Numbered from the stretch's first letter, positions 1-10,030 are shown. The stretch is DNA of 64,000 nt from a virus (IMGVR_UViG_3300027906_000003:1-64000); one strand, 5' to 3'. Notes: a model not told the origin generated them from the sequence alone. Program-made: numbers and translations.

Positions 1-77
1 TGATTGTTTTTGGTTTCTATTGTCTGGTGACAGAACCAATAGAAAAAGTTAAGAGGGATTTCAGGAGGAACAAATAA
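1..77 (+). CDS. 3' end of a truncated hypothetical protein
   Basis: Open frame IVFGFYCLVTEPIEKVKRDFRRNK* ending at TAA 75-77, just before the ORF at 79. Confidence 0.45.
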   Translation, partial: IVFGFYCLVTEPIEKVKRDFRRNK

Positions 78-78
78 T

Positions 79-303
79 ATGATAGAGAATATATCATTTG
101 AATTTATATTTACTTTACCTTTTACTATATTCATGTTCGGCATGAAATATTTCGGTTCGTTATTGGTGTGGGTCGGAATCGTAGTTTATGTATGGACAGA
201 ACGCATCAATCTATGGGACTCATGGTGTGATTTGTGTGAGTCAGTATATGACCGTATAAGAGATAAAATGTCTTATCTCTTATCTCTACTAAATAGAAGA
301 TAA
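79..303 (+). CDS. small membrane protein
   Basis: 74 aa, hydrophobic N-terminal half, AGGAGG upstream. Confidence 0.65.
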   Translation: MIENISFEFIFTLPFTIFMFGMKYFGSLLVWVGIVVYVWTERINLWDSWCDLCESVYDRIRDKMSYLLSLLNRR

Positions 304-473
304 TGGATTTATTTCTTATACATTTTATCTTTATTTCTGTTTGTGCAGGTGGTTCATTTGCATGGGGTTTCATGGCAGGTGAAAAGAATGGCAGTGCCAG
401 AACGATTGAGTTGTTCTTAGATGATAATTTAATTACAGAGAAACAAATCCGAGATAACTATATAAACAAATAG
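303..473 (+). CDS. small membrane protein (56 aa, absent from ORF track)
   Basis: MDLFLIHFIFISVCAGGSFAWGFMAGEKNG...YINK*; TAATG overlap with the previous stop. Confidence 0.6.
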   Translation: MDLFLIHFIFISVCAGGSFAWGFMAGEKNGSARTIELFLDDNLITEKQIRDNYINK

Positions 474-484
474 GATTTAATATT

Positions 485-1654
485 ATGAGAATCGTTGGCG
501 TAAACATATCACACGACACATCAGTCGCAGAAGTCGAGGACGGTAAATTAGTATCGTGTCATGACGAAGCAAGATTTAGAAGATACAAATATTGGGACCC
601 CGATAAATTGGATGACGACCACGATAAAGGTCTACAATGTGTCATTCAAGCAGGTATCGAAGAACCAGACCACCTGATATTTGCAACATTCGATAGAAGA
701 AATGTTCTTTGGACAATTCATCCATCTATTATAGAGGATAGAATACTTGCCGAACAATTCGCAAAAGATTGTCAAGCACAACAACTAACAATGGATAGAA
801 TTCGTGAACTTGAAGAGAAGTATAAAGACCATATGGACTTAGAGTTTCAACAAGACGGTGACGGTGATTACCATGTTGCAGACTTAATCAATGACTTTCA
901 TTGGCAGAAACCTGCCTATCATTTAGAACCAGAACATCATTTCTATCATGCAGAGTGTTGTTATCATTTAAGTCCTTATCTTAGAGACAATGAAGATGCA
1001 ATCTGTATCGTATGGGATGGTGGTGGTGCTATGCGATTGTATGATGAATATCCTGCATATCAAGAGATTGAATCTATCTACAGACTCAGACCTCAACATG
1101 AACCACATTTACAGTGGCAAAAATTATCTAATCATCGTATGTGTATGGATATAGGTTGGCAGTTTCCTAACCAAGGTATAGATTCTTTTCATTGCAACGA
1201 AGACTTAATCACTACAGACGCACAAGGTGTTGAGTTGTGTATTACAAGTAAACCATCAAGTGGTATGAACTTTAGTCAGATGAGTGTTGCGTTAGGTGCC
1301 GATACATTCGGTGGTGCCGCTGGAAAAGTTATGGGTATGGCCTCGTATAGTGCAGGTGTAAACAAAAATCAATTCTGGTCCAACTTCTCAGTTGCACAAC
1401 AACTCGAAGAAGATACACTTAAAGTATCTATTGAAACAATACAGAAAGCAGTCGACTTGAATCCTGATTGTAAGAACATCGTTCTAAGTGGAGGATACTC
1501 TCTCAATTGCACGAATAATTATAAGTATCTTGATGCCTTTCCTGACCATCAGTTCTTTGTGGACCCGATTCCACATGACGGAGGTACCGCTGCTGGTGCC
1601 GCTCTATGGTTTGAAAGACAAGTATTACTGAATCAGGAGAATCAAAATGATTAG
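485..1654 (+). CDS. carbamoyltransferase N-terminal (Kae1-like) domain, NodU/CmcH family
   Basis: GVNISHDTS, EHHFYHA, VWDGGG, GKVMGMASY, SGGYSLNC and PHDGGTAAGAA motifs. Confidence 0.9.
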   Translation: MRIVGVNISHDTSVAEVEDGKLVSCHDEARFRRYKYWDPDKLDDDHDKGLQCVIQAGIEEPDHLIFATFDRRNVLWTIHPSIIEDRILAEQFAKDCQAQQLTMDRIRELEEKYKDHMDLEFQQDGDGDYHVADLINDFHWQKPAYHLEPEHHFYHAECCYHLSPYLRDNEDAICIVWDGGGAMRLYDEYPAYQEIESIYRLRPQHEPHLQWQKLSNHRMCMDIGWQFPNQGIDSFHCNEDLITTDAQGVELCITSKPSSGMNFSQMSVALGADTFGGAAGKVMGMASYSAGVNKNQFWSNFSVAQQLEEDTLKVSIETIQKAVDLNPDCKNIVLSGGYSLNCTNNYKYLDAFPDHQFFVDPIPHDGGTAAGAALWFERQVLLNQENQND

Positions 1655-2267
1655 AACAGAAATATTAAGAGACTTAGATGTTGTAATGGATATGTTAATC
1701 GAAAGAGAACAAATCGTTGCAATCTTCCAAGGACAATCAGAATGGGGACCTCGTGCATTAGGTAATCGTAGTATATTATTTGACCCACGAAACCCACAGG
1801 CAAAGATGATAGTTAACAGTGTAAAACAAAGAGAAGACTATCGACCATTTGCAGGTTCAGTTATGTTAGAACATGCACATGATTATTTTGAAATGAAACA
1901 ATTAAAAGAATCTCCATGGATGTCATTTGCTATCCAAGCAAAAGAGAAAGCTTATCGAGAGGTTCCTAGTTTAGTTCATGCAGACGGCACTTGTCGTATT
2001 CAGACAGTGACAAGAGAACAAAACAAAAACTATTATGATTTGATAGAAAGATTCTATGAGATTACAGGTTGTCCAATGATATTCAATACATCATTCAACC
2101 TAGGTGGTGAAGCGTTAGTAGAAACAATCGAAGACGCACTTACCACCTGTCAACAAAGTCAGATTAACTATCTGTATATACCAGAAGACCAAGACTTTAA
2201 CATACCTTACAGTATGATTAAACCTAAAGATATAAGTATATTCGAGATTGAAGAGTCAGAGGACTAA
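1647..2267 (+). CDS. carbamoyltransferase C-terminal (YrdC-like) domain
   Basis: EWGPRALGNRSIL, KQREDYRPFA, HADGTCRIQTV, NTSFNLGGE. Confidence 0.92.
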   Translation: MIRTEILRDLDVVMDMLIEREQIVAIFQGQSEWGPRALGNRSILFDPRNPQAKMIVNSVKQREDYRPFAGSVMLEHAHDYFEMKQLKESPWMSFAIQAKEKAYREVPSLVHADGTCRIQTVTREQNKNYYDLIERFYEITGCPMIFNTSFNLGGEALVETIEDALTTCQQSQINYLYIPEDQDFNIPYSMIKPKDISIFEIEESED

Positions 2268-2276
2268 ATAGGTGGT

Positions 2277-2600
2277 GTGATAGAAGTTACCGATAACGCA
2301 ATACAAAAACTCCTGGAAAAGAAAGTCGATAATATAAGACTAGGACTAACAGGTGGTGGGTGTGCTGGTTACGAATACTTCATCGAACATGCAGAGAATA
2401 TAACCGATAGTGATACATTAATTGACTATGGTAAGTTTAATGTTGTTGTAGATAGTTTATCAGTCCCTTATTTGAGTGGTTCAACCTTTGATTGGATACA
2501 AGAAGGACTAAATGAATATTTTAAAATTATTAACCCAAAGGAAGTTTCTTCTTGTGGGTGTGGAGTGAGTGTGCAGTTTAATGAAGACCTCATCAGCTAA
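2277..2600 (+). CDS. iscA: A-type Fe-S cluster assembly protein (IscA/HesB family)
   Basis: GGGCAGYEY and CGCGVS motifs; GTG start. Confidence 0.9.
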   Translation: MIEVTDNAIQKLLEKKVDNIRLGLTGGGCAGYEYFIEHAENITDSDTLIDYGKFNVVVDSLSVPYLSGSTFDWIQEGLNEYFKIINPKEVSSCGCGVSVQFNEDLIS

Positions 2601-2913
2601 AGCAAAAGGTAGAAGATTACAACAATGGGTCGCAAAGATGTTAGTTGAACATCTAGGTGCAGACGAAGAAGATTTAGAATCAAGACCTATGGGTTCTAGT
2701 GGTGAAGATATCATCATGGGAAAACAGACTAGACAAATCTTCCCTTATAGTGTAGAATGTAAGAATCAGGAAAAGGTTAATGTGTGGTCATCATATGAAC
2801 AGGCAGAATCAAACTGTAAAGGGTATGAACCCTTAGTAGTAATTAAAAAGAACGGTAAGAAACCACTTGCTGTAATAGATGCAGAATACTTTGTGGAGTT
2901 GCATAACAAATGA
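2581..2913 (+). CDS. PD-(D/E)XK Holliday-junction-resolvase-like nuclease
   Basis: MKTSSAKAKGRRLQ...GEDI...SVECKNQE; start taken at ATG 2581. Confidence 0.7.
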   Translation: MKTSSAKAKGRRLQQWVAKMLVEHLGADEEDLESRPMGSSGEDIIMGKQTRQIFPYSVECKNQEKVNVWSSYEQAESNCKGYEPLVVIKKNGKKPLAVIDAEYFVELHNK

Positions 2914-4295
2914 TTAGAACTTTTAACGAGATAGTTTTACAAGAAGCTAAGGAGAATAAAAATCCTTATCGTCTGGTTGTTCTCGCCGAAAAACCTAAGA
3001 AGTCAAACCCCAAAGCTACAAGTGCAAAGATAGTTAAACTTGCAAAGTCATTAAGACTTGAAGTATACGATTGTAGAATCAATGGTGCCTTTATCATGCG
3101 TGATGAAGAGAGTGGTCAATTAACAATTCATAGAGAAGATGATTCATTTGGATTTGAAATCGATGAAGATACAGTTGTTCTCATTCGTGGTGCCGTTGGT
3201 AAGAAAGATTCATATCTGGATTTAATATCTCAATTAGAGAGATATGGTATTCCTGTTTGCAACTTTAGAGAAACAATCGAAGTATGTGGAGATAAGTTTA
3301 GATGTTATCTTCGACTACAAGAGATTGGTATGAATCAACCTAAAACTGTATTGATACCAAATGCAGAGAAAGAATCAGTAGAGACTGCTCATGAGGCATT
3401 GAAGTCTAAGTTCCCTATGGTGTTAAAGACACTACAAGGAAGTAAAGGTGTTGGTGTTCTATTAATCGAAACAGAAAGGTCATTACAATCAACCGTTCAA
3501 TTGGTTTATAAGATTGACCCATTTGCAGATATACTATTACAAGAATACATTGAAGTTGACTTTGATGTCAGATGTATTGTTGTGAATAAAGAAATCATAG
3601 GTGCAATGAAACGACCTAAGATACTTGATGACTTTAGAAGTAATGTCTCACAAGGTTCTGAACCAGAAGAGATTAAACTTACAGAAGTTGAACAAGAGTC
3701 AGTTCTACAGGCTGCTAAAGCGGTGAACGGACAATGGGTTGGTGTAGACTTTATGCCAGCAAAGAACAGAGATAAAGACGCACCATACATTATCGAAGTT
3801 AACCATTCACCTGGTACCGAGGGTATCAACAAAGTAATAGATGGTGATATTAATAAAATTGTTTTAGAAAATCTCCTAGATAGAGATTCATGGAAACGAA
3901 GTGCAACAGAATGTGGTGTATTAGAAACATTAGAAGTTGAAGGACAGGAACTAACTGTTAAGATGGATACTGGTAATAATACAACGACTTGTGCCTTGCA
4001 CGCCGATGACTTGACTGTAAAAAATAAAGTAGTCACATGGACTACAGAAGGAGTAAAATATAAGAAACCTCTACATCGATATGTAGAATTATTAAAACCC
4101 GCCGAGAAAAGACCGGTCGTTCTATTGGAAATAAATTTTCTAAATACAGTTTATGAAGTAGAAGTTTCGTTAGACAAAAGGAATCAAATACCATTCCTTG
4201 CTAACAGAGACTTTATGAAACGAGCAAACATAATGATAAATCCTGCTCGTAAATTTATGTTGACAAATAGAAACGATGAACACGAAAACGGTTAA
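2910..4295 (+). CDS. RimK-family ATP-grasp ligase fused to a retropepsin-like (RimB-type) protease domain
   Basis: DKFRC, PKT, GSKGVGV, LLQEYI, FRSNVSQG, GVDF, IEVNHSPG; C-terminal KMDTG and LANRDFM. Confidence 0.85.
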   Translation: MIRTFNEIVLQEAKENKNPYRLVVLAEKPKKSNPKATSAKIVKLAKSLRLEVYDCRINGAFIMRDEESGQLTIHREDDSFGFEIDEDTVVLIRGAVGKKDSYLDLISQLERYGIPVCNFRETIEVCGDKFRCYLRLQEIGMNQPKTVLIPNAEKESVETAHEALKSKFPMVLKTLQGSKGVGVLLIETERSLQSTVQLVYKIDPFADILLQEYIEVDFDVRCIVVNKEIIGAMKRPKILDDFRSNVSQGSEPEEIKLTEVEQESVLQAAKAVNGQWVGVDFMPAKNRDKDAPYIIEVNHSPGTEGINKVIDGDINKIVLENLLDRDSWKRSATECGVLETLEVEGQELTVKMDTGNNTTTCALHADDLTVKNKVVTWTTEGVKYKKPLHRYVELLKPAEKRPVVLLEINFLNTVYEVEVSLDKRNQIPFLANRDFMKRANIMINPARKFMLTNRNDEHENG

Positions 4296-4983
4296 TATCC
4301 AAGAACGAATGCGAAACAAGGCCATCGAGGCCTTAGACATCGTTGAGTTTGAAATTGACAAACTCATGGATAAACAACAAGTTCCTTTTTCTATGTATAA
4401 GTATCTTCGAAACTTAGGATACTCAGGTAAAGTTATTGCATACATGAAAGGTTTCACCCATGAAATGCAATACGAACTAAAGAATGAAGAGAAGTGTGAA
4501 CAGTTAGCAGAAGCATATAACTTCCTTACAAAAGGTCAGAAGACTAAAGTCTTAAAGAAACTCCAATCATTCGAAGATGATATAGAAAAGTATTGTGACG
4601 AATACAAACCAGTTCGTAAACCTAGAATTAAAACACCTGCCCAACAGGTTAAGAAACTTCCATATCTTGCAGAGTGGGAGAAATATAAATCAATAAATCC
4701 AGAAGAAATCATTCGTGCATCGATGTTGTTTGGATACAACATATCCACAAAGAAACTTACTATGTTTAAATCATATGGTGGTTTAAGAGTAATAGGAAGT
4801 AAAATAATGGATGCAGACGAATGTATAGAAAAGACCTTGACAGATTTGAAGTTGCTTGATAGACTGGTATCAGGTGGTAATATTATTGCTAAAGGTTTCA
4901 TGGACGAGATACCTCGTTCTAAAGAGAAAGAAGGAAACAATAGAATTACTAAGAATACATTATTAATTAAAGTGATAAGATGA
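4276..4983 (+). CDS. hypothetical protein upstream of rnh
   Basis: 235 aa ORF overlapping both neighbours; ends NNRITKNTLLIKV. Confidence 0.7.
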   Translation: MNTKTVNIQERMRNKAIEALDIVEFEIDKLMDKQQVPFSMYKYLRNLGYSGKVIAYMKGFTHEMQYELKNEEKCEQLAEAYNFLTKGQKTKVLKKLQSFEDDIEKYCDEYKPVRKPRIKTPAQQVKKLPYLAEWEKYKSINPEEIIRASMLFGYNISTKKLTMFKSYGGLRVIGSKIMDADECIEKTLTDLKLLDRLVSGGNIIAKGFMDEIPRSKEKEGNNRITKNTLLIKVIR

Positions 4984-5834
4984 TACTAATAGATTTTACT
5001 CAGACCATAATTGCTGGTCTGATGGCACAACTCAAAATGAATGACGGTGAGATACATGAAGATATGCTCCGTCATATGATATTAAACTCAGTAAGAAATT
5101 ACAATAAGAGATACTCAGAAGAATACGGTGAAATAGTTTTATGCACCGATGCAAGTAATCCTTGGAGACGAGAATACTTTCCCCAATATAAAGCAAACAG
5201 AAAGAAGACAAGAGAAGCATCTGATATGGATTGGAAACTTATCTTCGACACACTACAGAAAGTTAAAGAAGAAATAAGGGACAACTTTCCCTATCACTAC
5301 CTGTATGTCGATAGATGTGAGGCTGATGATATCATTGCAGTTCTAACTAAACATTCAAAGGAACCAGTCCTAATTGTCTCAGGAGATAAAGACTTTCAAC
5401 AGTTGCAGAAGTATGACTATGTCACACAATGGTCTCCTAATCTCAATAGGTTCGTTGATGTAGATGATGCAGATACATTTCTGAAAGAACATATTCTCAG
5501 AGGAGATAAGTCAGATGGTATACCAAATATACTATCTGCAGACAATTGTTTAGATGAGGGTATCAGGCAGACACCTTTAAGAAAACCTGTAGTAGACAAA
5601 TACCTCAGGATTAGTATTGAAAAGGACGATAAATACTATAGAAACTATTTAAGAAATCAAACATTAATTGATTTAGAATTTATACCAGAAGATGTTGAGA
5701 GTAGTATTCTTGCAGAATTTGGTCATTCTACACCACCTAGTGGCAAGGTGTTTGACTATCTTAGAGAGCATAGATTAAATGAATTGATGGATAACATTGG
5801 TGATTTTACAAATTATAACATGGTGAGGACCTAA
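4980..5834 (+). CDS. rnh: T4-type RNase H / 5'-3' exonuclease
   Basis: MILIDF, WRREYFPQYKANRK, EADDIIA, SGDKDFQQL, GDKSDGIPN. Confidence 0.95.
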   Translation: MILIDFTQTIIAGLMAQLKMNDGEIHEDMLRHMILNSVRNYNKRYSEEYGEIVLCTDASNPWRREYFPQYKANRKKTREASDMDWKLIFDTLQKVKEEIRDNFPYHYLYVDRCEADDIIAVLTKHSKEPVLIVSGDKDFQQLQKYDYVTQWSPNLNRFVDVDDADTFLKEHILRGDKSDGIPNILSADNCLDEGIRQTPLRKPVVDKYLRISIEKDDKYYRNYLRNQTLIDLEFIPEDVESSILAEFGHSTPPSGKVFDYLREHRLNELMDNIGDFTNYNMVRT

Positions 5835-5837
5835 ATT

Positions 5838-6353
5838 ATGACAGAGAAAAAAAGAGGAAGAGGAAGACCTAAGGGTGCTCCTAATAAACCTAAGATGGAT
5901 TTGGTTACAGAAAGAATCAATCTGCCTAACGGTGCTGATGTATATGAAATATTATGCCAAGCAAATATCGTTGCAGAGACAGATGTGCCAACTGCAGTTA
6001 ATGGTTTAAAAATATTTAATGATAGAAATGGTGCGGTGAAACCAGTCTTGCAATGGTTGTTTGATAGTAATATCAATTCAACATTACCAGAAGGAGAAAC
6101 TCCTTACAAAAAGAATGATGCACCTGATTCAACTTTATCAGAAACAGCATTGAGATTTGAATTTAAGAAGTTCAAATACTTTGTGACTGAACAGGTACCA
6201 CAAACTCGTAGAGAAACAATGTGGATTGAAATGCTTGAGGGTATGCACCCTAAAGAAGCACAAATGATTGACTTGGTTAAGGATAAGAAGAATCCATTCC
6301 CTAACATAACAAAGGAAGTAGCGTCAGAAGCGTTTCCTGAGATTCAAGTTTAA
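5838..6353 (+). CDS. T4-like hypothetical protein with AT-hook-like N-terminus
   Basis: KKRGRGRPKG; LPEGETPY and RETMWIEMLEGMHPKEA resemble the protein often found after rnh in marine T4-like phages. Confidence 0.7.
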   Translation: MTEKKRGRGRPKGAPNKPKMDLVTERINLPNGADVYEILCQANIVAETDVPTAVNGLKIFNDRNGAVKPVLQWLFDSNINSTLPEGETPYKKNDAPDSTLSETALRFEFKKFKYFVTEQVPQTRRETMWIEMLEGMHPKEAQMIDLVKDKKNPFPNITKEVASEAFPEIQV

Positions 6354-6465
6354 ATAAATATTAATGTCGCCAGAGACTATACATATAGAAATAGGAAGTT
6401 TAGAATTAACTTCGATGTGTAAACTTCTAGTCGAGTGCGGCTCCATGGATTTTTAGGATTATATT

Positions 6466-7878
6466 ATGGCAGAAGAAAAATCACAATTTGCAAGTGAACA
6501 AGTAGAACTCTCGGAACTTGAACGAATTCAACAACGACTCAATACCTTTACTGTAGGATTAAAACCTGCGAATGCAGAAGTAGTTAATCAAGTAATGCAG
6601 AAAGGGTTATCAGCAGGTAACTTCCAATTAAATGACTTAGACGCTTTAGTTTCAGTCAGAGAAGATGTTGCAAAAGGACTTATTGATTGGAATACACAAG
6701 TCACTGTTGCAAACAAACGAATACAGGAACTTCAAGTAGAAGAACTCCAGGCAGCTAGAGATTTAGTTGCAAAGAATCTTGCTGATAAAGATTTACTTAT
6801 CGATGCAGAAAGACAGGCAAAGAAATCGGCTGAATTAGAAAAGAGAATTGTTGAAGAAGAAAACAAAATTCTTAAAGCAAAACTCGAAGCTCTTTCATCG
6901 ATTGAAAACAATGTCACATCTAAACCTATTCAGGATTTATTAGATGAATCAAGAAGTGCAGCTGAACACGCTGCGAGTCAAGGAAAAAAGTCTAAAGCAT
7001 GGGACATGATTCGTGCTTCAAGACCAGAAGAAGAGGAAGAAAGTGGTTACATTCCACAATCTGAAACTTCTTACACTATGCCAGCTACAGACCAAGAAAG
7101 GTTTGAGGATAAGGTTGCAGAAACAAAGAAAGCTTTTAAAGACTTCGAAGAAGAATCTAAAATAATTCCTACTCCTGCATTAGAAGATTCAGTTCAATTC
7201 CGACCAAAAGGAACTACAACAGAATCTTTCTTAGATGAAGTTGATAGAGTAAATGAAGTTGCAGAAGCAGATGAATTACTTTCAGATGAACCTGTAGGTT
7301 ATGACAGACCATCTTATGATGACCCTGTAGGTTTTGAAGATGAGTCTTTTGATGAAGATGAAGACTTCGATGATTCAGAAGATTTCTATAATGGTGTTTC
7401 ACCTTTTGAAGTCACTGCAGACGATGAAGATACTCAACCAAACTTTACTAAACCAATTATCTCAGGTGGTAATGCACCAAACATTCAGGCACAAGTAAAT
7501 GAACCTGAAAACATTACTGCACCAGTAGAAGAAGAAAAGAAAACTATTCCTACATTTGATACTGAGGAAGATTTATTGGATTCTATTGCACAGAGAGAAG
7601 AACCAGAAGAAGACTATGAAGAGATTACAATTCCTTCAAGGTCTGAATTAGAAAGTATGTCTAAGGCAGAAGTTCAAACAGAGGCAGATAATCTAGGGTT
7701 TGAAGTTAGTGGTAACAAACAGGTTATGATTGACCAGTTCGAAGAACAAACAGAAGCCTTCATTGCATCGTTGCAAGAAGACGGTGATTTCATCAGTGCA
7801 TCAGAAACAGATAATACTCGCGAAGACGAGGAGAAGAAAGATGGTGATGATGATGTCAGAGACGGTGGATACTTCTAA
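6466..7878 (+). CDS. acidic coiled-coil protein with possible C-terminal Rho-N/SAP-like helical motif
   Basis: 470 aa; heptad-rich N-terminus, D/E-rich middle, ELESMSKAEVQTEADNLGFEVSGNKQVMIDQF. Confidence 0.6.
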   Translation: MAEEKSQFASEQVELSELERIQQRLNTFTVGLKPANAEVVNQVMQKGLSAGNFQLNDLDALVSVREDVAKGLIDWNTQVTVANKRIQELQVEELQAARDLVAKNLADKDLLIDAERQAKKSAELEKRIVEEENKILKAKLEALSSIENNVTSKPIQDLLDESRSAAEHAASQGKKSKAWDMIRASRPEEEEESGYIPQSETSYTMPATDQERFEDKVAETKKAFKDFEEESKIIPTPALEDSVQFRPKGTTTESFLDEVDRVNEVAEADELLSDEPVGYDRPSYDDPVGFEDESFDEDEDFDDSEDFYNGVSPFEVTADDEDTQPNFTKPIISGGNAPNIQAQVNEPENITAPVEEEKKTIPTFDTEEDLLDSIAQREEPEEDYEEITIPSRSELESMSKAEVQTEADNLGFEVSGNKQVMIDQFEEQTEAFIASLQEDGDFISASETDNTREDEEKKDGDDDVRDGGYF

Positions 7879-8311
7879 ACGAAAGTATACCGTCCAGCAA
7901 TTCAACAAAGAACAAATAAGTAGAATCTATTCAGAGAGACCCTTTGAAGAGAATCTACTTAGGTTCAATCTACCAGAAGACCTTACAATTTTTCTTGGTC
8001 TACAATTAAAACAATCAGCATATATCTTTAAGAAGTTAGATAGTAAGAAAAAAGAAAACTTCTATATCAGTGCAATCTCTTATCCTTGTTCTCGTATCGG
8101 TGAGACACTAGAGGCAAGAGAAGTTCCTACATATAACTACAAAGAAAACGGAGACCCTAAGTCGTGTCTAGTGAATCAACTAGAAGACCCACAATTTATT
8201 CTTCTACATCCAACATGGTGTAATTTAGAAGAGGGTGATGTAATAGAGTTTCAATATGTAGAGGAAGAAGAACCTGATACAGAAAGGTATATAGAAGTCC
8301 ATGTCTCGTAA
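7841..8311 (+). CDS. hypothetical protein
   Basis: Start re-called at ATG 7841 after GAGGAG; overlaps the next gene. Confidence 0.6.
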   Translation: MVMMMSETVDTSKRKYTVQQFNKEQISRIYSERPFEENLLRFNLPEDLTIFLGLQLKQSAYIFKKLDSKKKENFYISAISYPCSRIGETLEAREVPTYNYKENGDPKSCLVNQLEDPQFILLHPTWCNLEEGDVIEFQYVEEEEPDTERYIEVHVS

Positions 8312-9221
8312 TATTCCAGTCACAGCAGTTGACCAATACGATTTTCTCCAGCACAGAAGAGAGCAGGAAGAAAAACATTGGAAGAAAAATAGTGGAAGTA
8401 ATCCATTAGATTCTATTCTTACTGTAGAGGTTAATACAACAGAACTATGTAATCGTAAGTGTGTGTTTTGTCCTAGAAGTGACCCAAATGTTTATGACAA
8501 TAAAAACTTACATCTTACAGTTAAAGGTGCAAGAATAATCTCAGAAGAGTTGGCCGATAATGGGTACCAAGGAAAGATTTCCTTTAGTGGATTTGGGGAG
8601 AATCTCCTAAATCCAAACTTTATAGAAATAGTTAAAGAGTTTCATTTAAATCTTCCAATGGCAACATTAGAATGTAATACAAACGGAGATAAACTTACAG
8701 AAGATTATGTCCATTCATTATACAAATCAGGATTATCTTTACTCTATATTAATCTATATGATGGTATAGAACAGATGGAACATTTCGACAAGATGATGAA
8801 GAATGTGAGAGAAGAACAATACAAATATAGGTTACATTGGGGAGACTTTGAGAAACATGGATTAATATTAAACAATCGTAGTGGTGTTATGGATTGGGTT
8901 GGCATAGAAGAGTCAGACATTCAATCACTTAAAGGTAAACCTTGTCACTATCCATTTTATAAAATGTTTGTGGATTGGAATGGTGATGTATTGTTTTGTT
9001 CTAACGATTGGGGTAAAGAACATGTTGTAGGTAATCTTATGCAATCCACTTTACACGAAGTATGGTTTAGTAAACCAATGAACAAGATTAGAAAGAGATT
9101 AATGAAAGGAGATAGAAGTCATTCTCCTTGCAACAAGTGTAGTGTAGATGGTTCACTATTTGGAAAACCGTCATTTGATATAGTTAAGGAATATTATGAA
9201 AGTAGCAATAACAGGAAGTAG
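8301..9221 (+). CDS. radical SAM protein with SPASM/twitch domain
   Basis: CNRKCVFC motif, SGFGE, C-terminal CHYPF...GDVLFCSND...PCNKC. Confidence 0.9.
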   Translation: MSRNIPVTAVDQYDFLQHRREQEEKHWKKNSGSNPLDSILTVEVNTTELCNRKCVFCPRSDPNVYDNKNLHLTVKGARIISEELADNGYQGKISFSGFGENLLNPNFIEIVKEFHLNLPMATLECNTNGDKLTEDYVHSLYKSGLSLLYINLYDGIEQMEHFDKMMKNVREEQYKYRLHWGDFEKHGLILNNRSGVMDWVGIEESDIQSLKGKPCHYPFYKMFVDWNGDVLFCSNDWGKEHVVGNLMQSTLHEVWFSKPMNKIRKRLMKGDRSHSPCNKCSVDGSLFGKPSFDIVKEYYESSNNRK

Positions 9222-9777
9222 TGGTCTTGCAAAGATTATAAAAGATACACTAGAGTCAACACCTTTCGGAGGACAAACAATTGAAGTGTCAACTATTCGT
9301 TGTGAAGATATTACAATGAATGGAGAGAATTGTTGGATATACAATGGTCATAGTCCTTGTGATGTTCTTATTAACTTTGCACACCAAGACCAAGCAAAGA
9401 TTCTAGGGATAACTCATCGTGCATGGCAAAGTGATAAGACAAAATACATTATCAATATCTCCAGTCGTGCAAGTCAACCAAACATATCAAAAGGTTATGA
9501 GTATGCAAGTGATAAAGCACAACTCAACCACCTTGCAAATAATCTAACTTACAACTCAGATAAAAGATATAAAATGACCACAATTAATCTTGGTCTTTTA
9601 AACCATGAAGATTTACCAAGTGTCAAACACCAAGATGTTGCAGGTCTTATACACAAACTTATAACATCTTATCCAGATTATGAGATAACAGATGTCACCT
9701 TACAGGCACATGCAAACTATCAGGATATACAAAGTGAGAAAGAAATGTTAATGGAGATGGAAAGATTTACTAAATAA
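9196..9777 (+). CDS. short-chain dehydrogenase-like Rossmann protein
   Basis: AITGSSGLA, IINISS, YASDK (YxxxK). Confidence 0.75.
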   Translation: MKVAITGSSGLAKIIKDTLESTPFGGQTIEVSTIRCEDITMNGENCWIYNGHSPCDVLINFAHQDQAKILGITHRAWQSDKTKYIINISSRASQPNISKGYEYASDKAQLNHLANNLTYNSDKRYKMTTINLGLLNHEDLPSVKHQDVAGLIHKLITSYPDYEITDVTLQAHANYQDIQSEKEMLMEMERFTK

Positions 9778-9781
9778 TAGT

Positions 9782-10030
9782 ATGAGTATAGAATATAACG
9801 ATTTCGGTTTCACCGCTATGGACGCAGATGAGTTAGCATCTGTAGACACAAAGATAGTAGAAAAAACCACAACAGCAACAGAAGTTATCAATAAACTGGA
9901 CAACTTCGTCAGACCTCTATTGGAGAATCTTGCTAAAGATTCAGACAAAGACTACATCTATTGGCCAAAAAGGGTCGATATCATAAACGCAAAGCTAAAA
10001 GAATTAGACGAAATTCAAAAAGCACTTTAG
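9782..10030 (+). CDS. hypothetical phage protein
   Basis: DFGFTA...LLENL...KDYIYWPKR; preceded by a late-promoter-like ACTAAATA. Confidence 0.7.
   Translation: MSIEYNDFGFTAMDADELASVDTKIVEKTTTATEVINKLDNFVRPLLENLAKDSDKDYIYWPKRVDIINAKLKELDEIQKAL

Noticed and set aside
485-2267. Carbamoyltransferase pseudogene broken by a frameshift
   Set aside because: The split falls at the domain boundary, the second ORF has its own AGGAG RBS and both halves keep their motifs.
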